From Lama guanicoe (Eukaryota), in NCBI GenBank assembly GCA_013239625.1, contig MU055016.1, positions 420,867 to 484,866 of the forward strand: 64,000 nucleotides of DNA, given 5' to 3'. Below, piece by piece: positions 47,401-58,745 of the stretch (its first letter is position 1; each line of letters starts with the position of its first letter). A program made the position numbers and the translations under genes. The notes under the pieces are model-generated. The model ran no database searches. It saw only the letters and a list, made by a program, of their open reading frames with translations, and was not told the DNA's origin.

Positions 47401-48040
47401 GACTGCACCAGGGAAGCCCAGCATTCCTTAGGTATTGGGTAAGGCTGAGCTGAACACACTCAGGGGTGGAGGGGTGAGGGCAGAGGGCAAGTTCTAAGAG
47501 CAGAAGAGACTTGGGCTGACCTGTTGTATGATGTGGGGCAGGTCACCCCTGCAGGGGCACTGTGGGGGGCTAGAGGTAGTGGAGGGTGGGCACTAAGCAG
47601 TGCCTTCTGCTTCCACTGCAGATGAGCCATCCATGGCTGAGATGGGCCCTGCCAATGGCCTCTACAGCAGCCTGGGAGAGCCTGCCCCGGCCTTGGGCCG
47701 GACCTCCGGGGCCCCGGGCAGCTTCCCGCTGGAGCATGGAGGCCTTGCCGGCCCGGAGCAGTACCGAGAGCTGCGCCCTGGCAGCCCCTATGGTGTCCCC
47801 CCATCACCTGCTGCCCTGCAGAGCCTCCCTGGCCCCCAGCCCCTCCTCTCCAGCCTGGTATACCCTGATGCCAGCCTGGGGCTCGTGCCAGCGGGAGCCC
47901 CAGGTGGGCCCCCACCCATGAGGGTGCTGGCGGGGAACGGACCCAGCTCTGACCTATCCACGGGGAGCAGCGGGGGCTACCCCGACTTCCCTGCCAGCCC
48001 CGCCTCCTGGCTAGACGAGGTGGACCACGCTCAGTTCTGA
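38382..48040 (+). CDS. LHX3: LIM homeobox 3; isoform a about 401 aa (exon Ia) and isoform b about 403 aa (exon Ib)
   Basis: Exon Ia 38382-38469 or Ib 40444-40537 / 42204-42297, then 44472-44643, 45280-45482, 46204-46355, 46453-46624, 47622-48040. All introns GT-AG and the frame is intact (1206 / 1212 nt). Two LIM domains, homeodomain with WFQNRRAK, C-terminal [10 protein letters not shown]. Confidence 0.98.
39950..40600 (+). promoter_or_regulatory. LHX3: LHX3b CpG-island promoter with GC boxes (second copy at +1760)
   Basis: Dense CpG and tandem CCCGCCCC boxes at 40240-40280, upstream of the exon Ib ATG. Confidence 0.75.
40444..40537 (+). CDS. LHX3: LHX3 exon Ib, copy 1
   Basis: [31 protein letters not shown](E) |gtgggt. 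Confidence 0.9.
42204..42297 (+). CDS. LHX3: LHX3 exon Ib, copy 2 (within the duplicated block)
   Basis: Identical to copy 1. Confidence 0.9.
44472..44643 (+). CDS. LHX3: LHX3 exon 2 (LIM1)
   Basis: ctgcag| [56 protein letters not shown](K) |gtgagc. Confidence 0.98.
45280..45482 (+). CDS. LHX3: LHX3 exon 3 (LIM2)
   Basis: ccgcag| [67 protein letters not shown](E) |gtcagt. Confidence 0.98.
46204..46355 (+). CDS. LHX3: LHX3 exon 4 (homeodomain, N-terminal part)
   Basis: gtgcag| [50 protein letters not shown] |gtcagc. Confidence 0.98.
46453..46624 (+). CDS. LHX3: LHX3 exon 5 (homeodomain helix 3)
   Basis: ccccag| [57 protein letters not shown](D) |gtacgg. Confidence 0.98.
47133..47233 (-). 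mobile_element. tRNA-Ala-derived SINE (Vic-1-like) in LHX3 intron 5
   Basis: Reverse complement GGGATGGGTGTAGCTCAGCGGTAGAGCACATGCTTAGCATGCACGAGATCCTGGGTTCAATCCCCAGTATCTCC plus an (AAAT)n tail. Confidence 0.88.
47622..48040 (+). CDS. LHX3: LHX3 exon 6 coding part
   Basis: ctgcag| [19 protein letters not shown]...[38 protein letters not shown]. Confidence 0.98.
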
Positions 48041-49145
48041 CTGCACCCCGGCTCCTACGAACACCGGACATGAGGGGTCTGGGCAGCAGTGCTGCCCCTG
48101 GCTGGGTGGTCTGGAGCCGAGCTCTCCTTTCCCAAAGCCCTGGACCTCTGAAGGATGTGGTGCCACTGGCAGGGGACAGGATGAGGACTCAGGGAGAGCT
48201 TGCTTCTGCAGAGTGTCCAACCGGGCAGCCCCTCCCTCAGGCAGAGGGACCCTCCTGGCTCCGGTCTGTATGGCTCCTCCTTCTCCGACAGGGGCCGGCC
48301 CACCTGGTGGGCCTTGTTTTTTAAGCAGATTTCTCCCTTTCTTGACCGACTAACTGAGAGCTTGTTGCTGTTTCCAGACAGGAAATGCTAGGAGGAGGCT
48401 AGGCTTCTGCTCTGTTGCTGCTGGGACCTCTCCCCAGCCCAGCCCAGCGCAGCCCTCAGGCTGGGAGATGCTTCAATTTCTAAAATTGAAACTAACACTA
48501 ATTGTGCTTTCATTTCCCAGGCTCCATATGTCTGATTTCTGCAGCCCCCCACCCCCTGACTTTAGGTCAGAGTTGGGCCTCCTCTGTCCAGGCAGGAGGC
48601 AGCAGTGGGGAGGCCACACCTGTCTTTCCCGGCTCTTCCGGGGGCCTTCCTGCCACCACCTCCCACCTTCCCCAGGAGCCTCCTCACCCCTCTCCCCGGG
48701 GCTCTTCACTGCCCTCAGGAGGAGCCGGGCTCTCTAAGCCCATCAGGAGCTCCCTTGCAGCGCAGACAAGGTTTTTGTCCCTGCTCCACCCACCCATTCA
48801 CAGCTGCCCCCAGGCCCTCAGCGTCCAGGCTGGGCCCCGCCCACCAATTTCGGTTGCCAAACAGCCTCTGGCTCCCCGTCTCCTAGCAGAGTGGGCTCGG
48901 ACTGCATGCCGACTACCCTGCCAAGCTGGAGGGTTGGACGACTTGCTGAAGAAGGCCTGAGCAGGGCTCCTCTGAGCTGCCCTGCCTCCTCTGCCGGGTG
49001 CTTTGCTGCGGCAGGCCAGGGACACAAAGGCTGGCCGCGTATGAATCCGAGTTACCCCTCAAGTCTGCATTCCAAGCTACCTGTTGGTTTTGTGAACATT
49101 CTGTCTTTTATTTATTCTCTAACCATCGGTTCTTTCCCAGACTTC

Positions 49146-49151
49146 AATAAA
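49146..49151 (+). terminator. LHX3: Probable LHX3 polyadenylation signal
   Basis: First AATAAA I found after the stop (about 1.1 kb downstream), preceded by U-rich sequence. Confidence 0.75.
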
Positions 49152-49539
49152 TTTGTCAGTTACAGTCGATGGAAGGCCCATGTCTTTCCTGAGACTGTGA
49201 GGGGGTGCTGAGGTGGGGGACAGTGCTCTGAAAGCCTGGAGGCCACGTTGGAGTAGCTGTTGGCTCCTTGCCAGGGATGGCACCTGGTGTGAGTTAAGGC
49301 CCCTGTATCCCTGGATCTTGGTCAGACTTCTGAGCACTAGAAGGAGATGTGGGAGAACAGCCCGTCCACCCAGGGCAGAGGGGCTGGGCCTTCCCACTCC
49401 ATCCCTGAGAGAGGCGGGTGCCAGAGCGGCCAGGAGCAAAACTGCTTACAGCTTGTTACTGGCATCAGCAGGGGGAGGGGGACTGCTGGAGTCAACTGGC
49501 CTAGAGACTCATGGAACATGATCACGGGGGTCTCTCCAA

Positions 49540-49640
49540 CTTGGATTCCAGTCCCAGCCATCTGCTAACTTGCTGTGTGACCCTGGGCAAATGACCTGCC
49601 CCCTCTGAGCCTTGCTTTCCTCCTGTGAAGTGGAGACAGT
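49540..49640 (+). mobile_element. MIR SINE fragment
   Basis: 'ggattccagtcccagccatctgctaacttgctgtgtgaccctgggcaaatgac...ctctgagccttgctttcctcctgtgaagtggag' matches the MIR core. Confidence 0.75.
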
Positions 49641-51910
49641 GGTGACGCTGGTGGGAGGTCCTCTCCACCTGAGGTCTACCCCACCCACCTCCTCACTGAG
49701 GACCCCTGGCCTCCTGGGGTTCAGGCTTCCGCCCGCCAGCTGAGAGTGGACCTGGAAGAGGGAGCCTGGCTTGGGCGGTGGGGAGGCATAAGAGGAGTGG
49801 CATTTGGGGCCCCCCAGGCCAGCCATGAGGGCTCACTGAGGGCAGAGGCCTGGCTCTCCTGTTCTGCACTGGACAACGGGGCACTGAGGTGGGTGGGAAA
49901 ACACATCCAGGGGAGAGAGAAGCTGGGGACCCGATCGGAGCAGAGGGTGAAGGATGTATTGTGGGAAAGGAGGAGAGGGAGCTTCCCAGATGTCCCAGGG
50001 AAGCCCTAGGGGGTTTGGTCAAGTCGTCCCCCAGCCCTACTGGCCCCAGCAGGGACAGCTCCCACACCAATGCCTGCTTCCCCCCAGACTCTGAGCATGT
50101 GGCCCCACCAGAAGGAATGTTGCTGGGGTCTCATATCTAATGGGGCAGAGGCATAACAGGTCGAGGAAAGGGGAGGCTCTCAGAAGAAAGGAGGTGGGAG
50201 AAGGGCCCCCAGTGCCCTTCAGTCTGGGGAGCGCCCAGGGAAGAGTTGGCACTTGTGATGAGCAGAAGTGGGGCCGGGTGGCACAGGGGCCATCAGGACA
50301 GATGGTGAGCAGAGGTGTGGCAAGGTTCCCTGGCTGTCCTGGGGGCTGGTGGTCAAAGGCCTCGGAATGCCAGGGGCGTGGCTGAGCAGCAGGTGGGGCC
50401 GGGTCCTAGAGGGAACCGCTTTGGACTCTTTGGGGGTGGTGAGGGGCAACAGGCAACCCGGAAGGTAAAGTGTCTGAGCCTGGATCTGATTCAGGATTTG
50501 AGAAGGGGGCCGTGGAGGCCGAGGGCAGACACTGTCTCCTCTGGCAGCCCTGAGGGGGGTGTAAATCCTCTAGTCACGCCCCCCCATCCCCCAGCCTGGA
50601 GACCTCCCCCAGGCCGCCTGGGACCTTTCAGGCGCTGACAGGTTAATAAAGTGCTAAGTGTCCCCTTGGGGCCCTCTGCCTGTTTTGAGGTCCCGGCTGC
50701 GCTGGCTCCAGCTGGCGGTGCGTCAGGCGGCATCCGGGGTCCTAGGCCCAGCCCCCCAGGGCGCGGGGAGGAGAGTGGACCCCGCCAAGGCTTGCTAATG
50801 GTTGCTCAGCTGGATCAGACCCTCGGTTATACTGACAGTGCTCGTTTGCCTTCCTTGTGGGCCTCAGTTTCCCCATTTGAGCCAAGTTCCTGCTCTCACA
50901 TTATTCCCACTGCCCAAGCAGATATGCGGGCTCCCACCTCCAGGTACCGCTCAGCGGGCGGAAGCCCGAACACCAGGAGGCCGGGGTCCTCAGTGAGGAG
51001 GTGGGCGGGGCAGACCTCAGGTGGAGAGGACCTCGGGCTGCAGGCCATCTGCAGGGGAAGGCAGATGTCCCATCTGTCGGCCCCACCGCAACTTATTTCC
51101 CATGATGGACCTTGTTAACTGGAGGGAAGCATCTAGGTGTGTGTCTCAGACCAGAATGCAGCTTCCCAGCACCCCATCTCCCTGCAAAATCAGGCGGTGG
51201 GGGGGGGGCGCCCAGCTCCCAGCCCAAGGTCTGGCCCTGGGGTTCCGGCTTCGAAGGGGACCCGCCCACGAGAGGCCTTTGGGCCATGGGTTGGGTCGGG
51301 ACGCTGTTGGTGAGGAACCGAGCAGGGAAAGGGCACTGTGAAGCGGTGGGTGCGGGGTGGCACCTGTCGGCCCAGGACCCCGAAATTGCCGGAGCAGGAG
51401 GGGAACTGTGGGCTCCAGCTGGGAGGCACCCGGAGGGGACATGGGACCCACTGGAGCTTTTTTTGTGGGGGACTAGGGTTAACTTTTTTTTAAAACGGTA
51501 ACCTCTTTATCATAATTATTAGAACATTCAATTTTAACATAAACAGAATACTTATCTTGACGTATTACCATGTTCTTGTTAACTTTTGAATGTAAATACC
51601 TGAAAAATAAAAATAATAACTTTGACCAATACATTAAAGGACTCTTTCCTTTTAAACATAAAATTTGCCCAGGGGATGAAAGCTCAAGGGTCCCTCCCGA
51701 ATCAGAGACACTTCTCTCTGCCTGAGACTGGGGGACACACTGGCTCCCCTTCCTTCCTCACCTCCTTCCTCACCATCTGCCTGCAGAATGGGTGGGTTTG
51801 TCTTGGAGAATGGCCCCTGGGCTGGGGCAGGAGAGGGTTGAGGGTCCCAGTCCCGGGGGCTCGCCTGGTTGAGTAGCAAAACGATAAATCAGTGGCTTTT
51901 CAAAGGAATC

Positions 51911-52050
51911 NNNNNNNNNNNNNNNNNNNNNNNNNNNNNNNNNNNNNNNNNNNNNNNNNNNNNNNNNNNNNNNNNNNNNNNNNNNNNNNNNNNNNNNNNN
52001 NNNNNNNNNNNNNNNNNNNNNNNNNNNNNNNNNNNNNNNNNNNNNNNNNN
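51911..52050. other. Assembly gap (140 N)
   Basis: N run. Confidence 0.99.
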
Positions 52051-53644
52051 GACACCCAGCGTCCCGACCTTTTTCCATACCTTGGTGACATTGAATAATC
52101 TGAAAGTTATTTACATTTTCATTCTTCGTGGAAAGTGTTGACAAGCTTTTGGCCGTGGGTGAGGTGCGCCGTGGTGCGGCGCGCCCCCCTCCCCCCTAAT
52201 TAATGGGGGAGCAGCGACTTCATAAGCAGAATTTTCATCAGTCTGCCTGGGTGACCTGCGGTGATGGCTCCCACCCTCCCCAGAACTGATGCAACGCGGC
52301 TCATTTTTTATCATAAAAATATTCCCTGCTGACCAGCGGCGCCCCCTTGGCATTCAAAACCAAGCAGCTGTCGCGGGGGCGTCACAGGGACGGACTCCGA
52401 GGCCAGACCTCAGAGAGAACCGCAGCTTCTGCAGGGTGCAGAGCCAGCGAAGCGCCTGCGTGTTGTGCGTGCGCAGGTGTGAGTGCGTCCCTGCGGGAGT
52501 GCGGGGGGGTGGCCACGAGCCCCCAGATGCTCCACTGCCCTCAAACCCTCATTTCTACGTGTTCTGTGTTCCCAAGAGCCCGTCCGGGCCGCTGACCGGG
52601 CTGACACCTGCAGAGCTGGGGACGGGCTGGGTCCAGGGAGCGGAGAGACACAGGCTGGGGGTGCCCTGGGCTCCCCGCTGAGGCCCACTGACTGGGGGCT
52701 CTCCCACCCATGCTACTCACTCGCTGCAGCTCTGTGACCCTGGCTGAGTAGCTCAACCTCTCTGAGCCTGGGATGAAGTGCTCGGCAAACCTTGCAGAGC
52801 ACCTAGCCGCCTCCCTCAGGTTCTCAGGGCAAATCCCACCGACCTGGAGGAGACAGAACCCTGTCAGACCCGCGCATCCGTAGGACTAGGAAGCCAGCTC
52901 TCTGCAGCACGGACGCACACACCCCAGTGACACTGACACTCGCTCACGCTTGCCTGTGTGCATGCTCACCCACTCTCTATGTAGCTCAACCCCCGCCATG
53001 CTCTCCAAGGGCAAGGCTGTGTGAACCATGGCAGGGACCTCCTGTCCTTTGTCACAGACGTCAAAACGCCCCTTGGCCAAGTTAAATCAGACCTGCCCAA
53101 AGCGGGGACCTGGACAGGGGTGCCCCAGGACTTCCTTTCTAGCTTGTAGGTCCCGGGTGTCTGGGAGGGAAACACGGCTTCTGCACTGAGGCTCTGGAGC
53201 CCTGGTGTCCCCTGTGGATGGAGGACATCTCCACACCTCTGGATGGAGGATCTCCACATCTCAACCGGGGTGGGGAACCCAGACAGGGTCAGAGATGGGT
53301 GGCTCAGGTCCATCAGGTCTGGCCACTGGTGGGCAGGCAGAGGGAAGGCAGGGAATGTCTGGAGGAGGTCCTCAGCCAAAGGAGGTCCTCGGCTGCATGG
53401 ACCCCATCCCAGGACCTGCGGGCTGGGAGGGAAGCCGTCATCCTGTCCCCTACACTTGTGGGCCACCAGCCATGGAGCTGGGCAGTACCTCAGCACGGGT
53501 TTCCTCATCCGTGAAAAGGGATGATCCTGGCCATGCCGACCAGGAGGAGGTGCTCCCACCCCTAGTCACCAGGGAAATGCTCATCAGAGCCCCAGAGATG
53601 CCTCTCCACACCCTCAGGATGGCCATAGGCACAGGAAAGACCCA

Positions 53645-54250
53645 GGAGGGGGACAAATGGGAGCCCTGGGCACTGCTGGTGGGGATGTCCATGGTGCCTC
53701 TGCTGAACAAGACAGTTCGGTGGTTCCTCATAGGTATAAACGTATAATTGCCAAGTGGTCCAGCCTTCCTACTCCAAGCTCAATATCCAGAGGATCTGAC
53801 TACGGGGACCCCAGCAAACAAGTGTACAAGCATGTTCACGGCAGCACTGTTCACAGCAGCCAAAATGTGGAAACTGCCCAGATGTCCATCAATAAATGTT
53901 AAAATGTGGTCCACCTATACTAAGGGCTGGGGTCATAGGGAGGGGGGACGTGGACGTGTGCTACAACGTGGGTGAACCTCGGAAACGTCATGCTGGTGAA
54001 AGAAGTCAGACACAAAAGGCCACACTGCATAATTCAGTTTCTGTTAAATGTCTGGAATAGGCAAATCCGCAAGAGACAGAAAGCAGATCAGCGGTTACAG
54101 GGTGGGGTGGGGATAGGAAGGGACTTCTAACGGGTCCAGGCTTCTACTTGGGGTGATGGAAATGTTTCTGGACTGGATCGAGGTGCTGGCTGCACCTCAT
54201 ATGCTTTAAAATGGTTAATTTTCTGTTCTGTGAATTTCACTTTGGTTTTA
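53645..54250 (+). mobile_element. L1 (L1MB-like) ORF2 end and 3' UTR fragment
   Basis: Degenerate ORF2 C-terminus (MFTAALFTAAKMWKLPRCPS), 'gaaagaagtcagacacaaaaggccac', 'ggggtgatggaaatgtt', 'tttaaaatggttaatttt'. Confidence 0.88.
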
Positions 54251-55399
54251 AGAAGGGGGCACCACCTACCCTTCCCAGGCAGGCCTGGCTCACAGCCGGT
54301 CGGCAAACAGAAAATCACGTGATTGACAACAGCAGGTGGGGCTCTGCACATACGAGCGCTCATCCTCCGGACTGCAGGGTCAGCATCAGCGGCCGCCCAC
54401 GCCAAACTCTGTCCCCTCCCCAGAGTGAGCGCTGGGAGCCCCTCCCAGGAGACCCTGCCCCCCAGCACGCAGAGGGTCCTCAGCGCTGCTGTCCCGGGAC
54501 AGGGGGCAGTGCCTCTGTGCTCGGTGTCCGTGGTCCCCACCTGCAAGGCAGGGGGCCGGCCACAGAGGGACCCTCCCCAGCTAAGTACAGCCGCCCGGTG
54601 TCATTGGCTTCCAGCAAGTGACAGGAATGGATGGTAACCACCTGCTGCCCTCCGAGGAGAGGGTTTGTCAGGAGCGGAAGGGAGATAGGAGGCCCCGATG
54701 GTTGCTAGTGGGGGGTGGCCCACGGCACTGCCCCCGGCCTCGGGGGCCCGATGGTCATTTATGGAGTGGCTCTGTCCTGGCCCCCCGTCAAAAGCTCTAC
54801 AAGAGGCCCTGACCATTGTCCCCAGGCCAGCCTGCCCTGACCACTAGCCTTGTTTGACCTCCAGAGAGGTCAGAGGTGGAGACCTGTGATGTCCTGGGGG
54901 GATATGGTGACATGGTGACGCACACCCACTTCACATGCTGCCCTCCTTTCTTTGCTGGGGGAGCAATGCTGGCTGCAGGCGGCGGGGGGGGGGCCCTGCC
55001 CGGGAGGGCAGCCACTATGGCCTCCACACTCTGGAGGGGTTCACCACGGCCTCACTGCTGGGTGGGGGACACTGGCCAGCCAGCTGTCACCAGCTCTGAG
55101 CTGTAGGGACAGGTCCCCAGGTGATGGCAAGAGGGTGAAGGGAGGGATGACAGAAAGGGAAGGAGATCCTCGAGCCCCCACCCTGCGCTGGTACATGAGG
55201 CACACATGGGGCACGGACTCCCTCTGCCCTTAGAAGGGAGCCACCAGCGCAGAGGGCGCCTGGCGTCCAGGGTGCCTGGGTGGGGAGTGGAGAGCTTCCC
55301 TCACTATTTCCTCCGCCAGTGGTCCTGGGTCCAGCTTGTCCTGGTGCCAAGTCTCCTACACCTTCCAGAAGATTCCCTTTTGGCCAGTCAGCCAAAAGG

Positions 55400-55600
55400 C
55401 TTTCAGTAATTTGCGACCAAGACCCCCAACAGGCCTTTCCTGGGGGAGGAGGTGGCGGCTCTCACTCCCTGACAAATGCTTTGTTCAGAGCTCTGGCTAA
55501 TCATTAGAATGACAAGGTTTAAAATTTAATTAGCAAGTTCCTCTTATGCAAACTCTCCTCATTAAACTAAGTGTCCTATTAGTTAAGATGAAGCCCGCTG
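55400..55600. promoter_or_regulatory. Candidate LHX3 distal 3' enhancer (homeodomain-site cluster)
   Basis: CTAATCATTAG, TTTAATTAG, TATGCAAA, CATTAAACTAAGTG and CTATTAG fall within about 100 bp, about 7.4 kb downstream of the LHX3 stop. Confidence 0.6.
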
Positions 55601-58422
55601 GGGGTGGGATTTGGACGAATGGCTGAAGCAGAGACGGATAAGCAGGCAGGAAGTTTTACGGTGGCCGTGGCTGCTGCAAGGTGGGTCATAACTTAGGTGG
55701 GCGGGATTTCCCCCAGTCCTTCAGGTGACATTGGGCGTCAGAACCCAGAGGGAGGAGCTGGGTTGGCTGGCAGGGAGGCTGGCAGGGCACGTGGGCTACA
55801 CCGCAGCCCAGAGACATGATGTCACCGACGGGGAGCACTGAGCCCCCGGCCCACGGGCAGGTGGCTGGGGGGGCTGCTGGGGCCTCCCTGGGGGGCCCCG
55901 GCCACCTGTCCCATCTCCCAGGTCTGGGGCTGGCCTGCTCACCGTCACCAGAGTAGGGAGGCCACTCTCAGCGTCTATACACTACCGCGACTGGCTTGTT
56001 TTGCTTAAAAAAGTAACATGTGCTCATTGTGAAAAAATTGGAGAACATAGAAAAACACAGCTGTGGCATCTCCGTTTTACACTGGTTACGTCTGCACACA
56101 GCCGCTTTGGCACGCGCTTCTCTTTAGTGTCACACCATGGTCGTCTCCTGGGCCACCACGTGCCCCCTCCCCCGGGATGTGTCCTGCTGGTGGCCTTACC
56201 TGAGGCCCGGCTGGCCATTCAGCCCCTCCCACTGCGTTTACCGGGCTCCCGGCTGCGTCAGCTCCTGCCATGCGGACCAGCCCAGCCCGGGCGGGACGGG
56301 GCAGCTCGCGGGCTGACAGGGCCGCCTGTCACAGCCTGGCCCTCCCCACGCGCCCTCGAGTCCAGAGCGGTCGGCTCCGTCCCCACGGGGGGGAGTCAGG
56401 GTTGTTTTCTCCAGGGGCGCCTCCCTGACGGTGGGGAACAACCCTCTGCAGCCTCCTCCTCCTTTCCAGACAGTTCCCGTAACAAGGCCACTCTCATCCT
56501 CTGTCCATAACCCTCTCTGTCTCTGACAGGGTTCTGAGCACAATCTGGGGAGCCCATCGCCATCTTTGGGGCTCCCACCCTGAGCTCTCTTCTCCGGCCC
56601 CACAGTCCCTGGCTTGGTAACTTCAGCCGAGGGGCTGCGGCCTGCAGGGGCTCCTGGGTGCTCTGCACAAGTCTTGAAAATTGTGTGTGACGCCAAAGTG
56701 GTGGCTCAGGCCCAGAGGTGGGTGAAAACGGTTATGGGCCTGGGAAGGATCCGGGGGGCACCCGAGAGGAAGCAAAGGGTCCCTCTCCGGGGGCAACAGG
56801 GTGGAATCGTCCCTGTCACAGGAGGGTTTAGGTGTGAGGTTAGATGCTGGGTTTTCTGGTAGCTCTCAGCCAGGCCTCTCCAGAGCACACGTGATGACAG
56901 TGATGACTGAGGCTGGAGGAGACGCAGCTGGTGGAGGGGCAGGAGGAGGGGTCCAAACCGGGAGGGGTGGGGGCACAGGACAACCACGAGGCTTTCCTAG
57001 CAGCCCAGAACGGCCGCCCGGAGTGTCTCCCACCATAACGCGCAGTCGCCCTCACTCAGAGACCGCACCTGCCTTTCCCAGGCTTTGGGGGCCCACATCC
57101 CACGTCCCCCACTCTGCGCCATCCTTAACTGGACAGTGAGTCCACCACTGGCTCCTGACCCCTCCTCTGGCCCAGGCACGCAGGCGTGCGGTCAGTGAGC
57201 TGGAAGGCACCCACTGGGTCTGGGGGCTGACTCCAAAGGGTGGGCCCCTGGAAAGAGGCCTTTTCAACCCCACACTCACCCCGGGGGCCCTCATCCCCCA
57301 CCCCTACATCTGTCCACCTTCTCATCCATCTGGCCCTTTGTGCGTGGGCCACCGGCGGCTGGTGGGTGGGCAGGCGCTCCACGAGGGTCTAGGCAGGCTG
57401 GAGCCCCCACCCCCAAGAGGCCTGGCCGGCCCGCCTCCTGCCACCGGCCTTTAACAAACCCCTGAGGAATTTTTCAATGGAGCTGTGTCCTGAGTTCCCA
57501 GAGACGAAGGGCGATGACAGGGGTTAATGGGCCTGGGGTCGCGGGGGCCAACGGCGGGGGTGGGGTGGGGAAGCTGAGGCAGCAGGAGGGGACGCGACTG
57601 CCCCTTTCCTCCTGTGCCCAGTGGGACTTCATGTCCCCTGTGCTCTGCCTGTCCTGGTCAATTCCACCTGTGCCGGCGCCGCCCAGAGCAGGGGGGACAG
57701 TGACCGAGTGCAGTGGCCTGAGTGAGGGGGCAGCAGAGCCCAGGACACCTCCTCCTCGTCTCCTGGGGAGGAAGCAACTGTAACTCTGGGAAATGCCGAA
57801 CTAAGTCTGGGAATGGTTCCCCATTTGGGGCTTAAGGAGTCTGCGTCTTTGTCTTGGCCCATTAGTAACATGCCCACTTGTGATTCCGACTAATATGTTT
57901 AATTAACTGATCGATTTAAACTTTTCCATCAATCTTTCACTAAGTGTGTAAACGGCGTTGGAAACATAAGAAGAACTGAGTCTTTCTGAGTTTACTATGT
58001 TTTTTAGATTCAGAATGACTTATGCTTTGGGAAATTTTTCTTTGTTGTGTCCAAAAACCAAAGTTATGAACAAGGAGACAAAATAGTGAGGTTGTAAGTG
58101 GAGTTTGAATGTTTAAGGGAATTTAATTGAGTTATAAAAGTTCCTTAACGTTGTTCTTAAAATCTGCTAAGCATCGTAATAAAATCGTATCTGTAAACTG
58201 AACTTTAAATCTTAGCAAACAACTAGTGTTTTGAGTTAATTGACTATTTGAAAAACCAAAGTAATTTCACTGAATAATCTTCACTGTGGGGGAAAAAAAA
58301 AAGAACATTCAAGACTGCAGAATGAATTAATTTTCCGTTGCCCTGCTTCGCACTTGGGTTACTGGGTCCTCTGAGTGTTCTCTAGGTGTAAGGTGACAGA
58401 GGCCCCTTCCTCCTTCTCCTGA

Positions 58423-58745
58423 TGTGGGCTGAACCATGTCCCCCAAGAAGAGATGTTCCAGTACCTGTGAATGGAACTGTGTTTAAAAATTGTGTCTTTG
58501 CAGATGTGATCAAGTTCAGACTGGAATGGGGTGGGCCCTGATCCAGGGACTGGTGTCCTGAGAAGAGGGAAATTTGGACACGGGGACATGGAGACACACG
58601 GAAGGTGGCCATGTGGTGACAGAGGCAGAGATGAGGTGACGCTTCTATGAGCTGAGGGAGGCCAGGGACAGCGGGCATCACTAGAAGCTGGAGAGGGGCC
58701 TGGAGTGAATTTCAGACTCGTGGCCTCCGGGGCTGGGAGGGGCTC
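58423..58745 (+). mobile_element. MaLR (MLT1B/C-like) LTR remnant
   Basis: 'tgggctgaaccatgtccccc', 'gtctttgcagatgtgatcaagtt', 'ggtgggccctgatccagggactggtgtcct', 'cagaggcagagat', 'ctagaagctggagagg'. Confidence 0.85.

Noticed and set aside
51480-51680. AT-rich block with AATAAA as an alternative LHX3 poly(A) site or enhancer
   Set aside because: It looks more like a degraded DNA-transposon fragment, and a better poly(A) signal lies at 49146. It cannot be supported from sequence alone.
52331-52352. Possible CTCF motifs at about 52335 (-) and about 55245 (+)
   Set aside because: They match only the 3' half of the motif and lack the conserved CC at the 5' end of the core.
53748-53975. 75-aa ORF with protein-like text
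   Set aside because: Decayed L1 ORF2 C-terminus inside an old L1 fragment.
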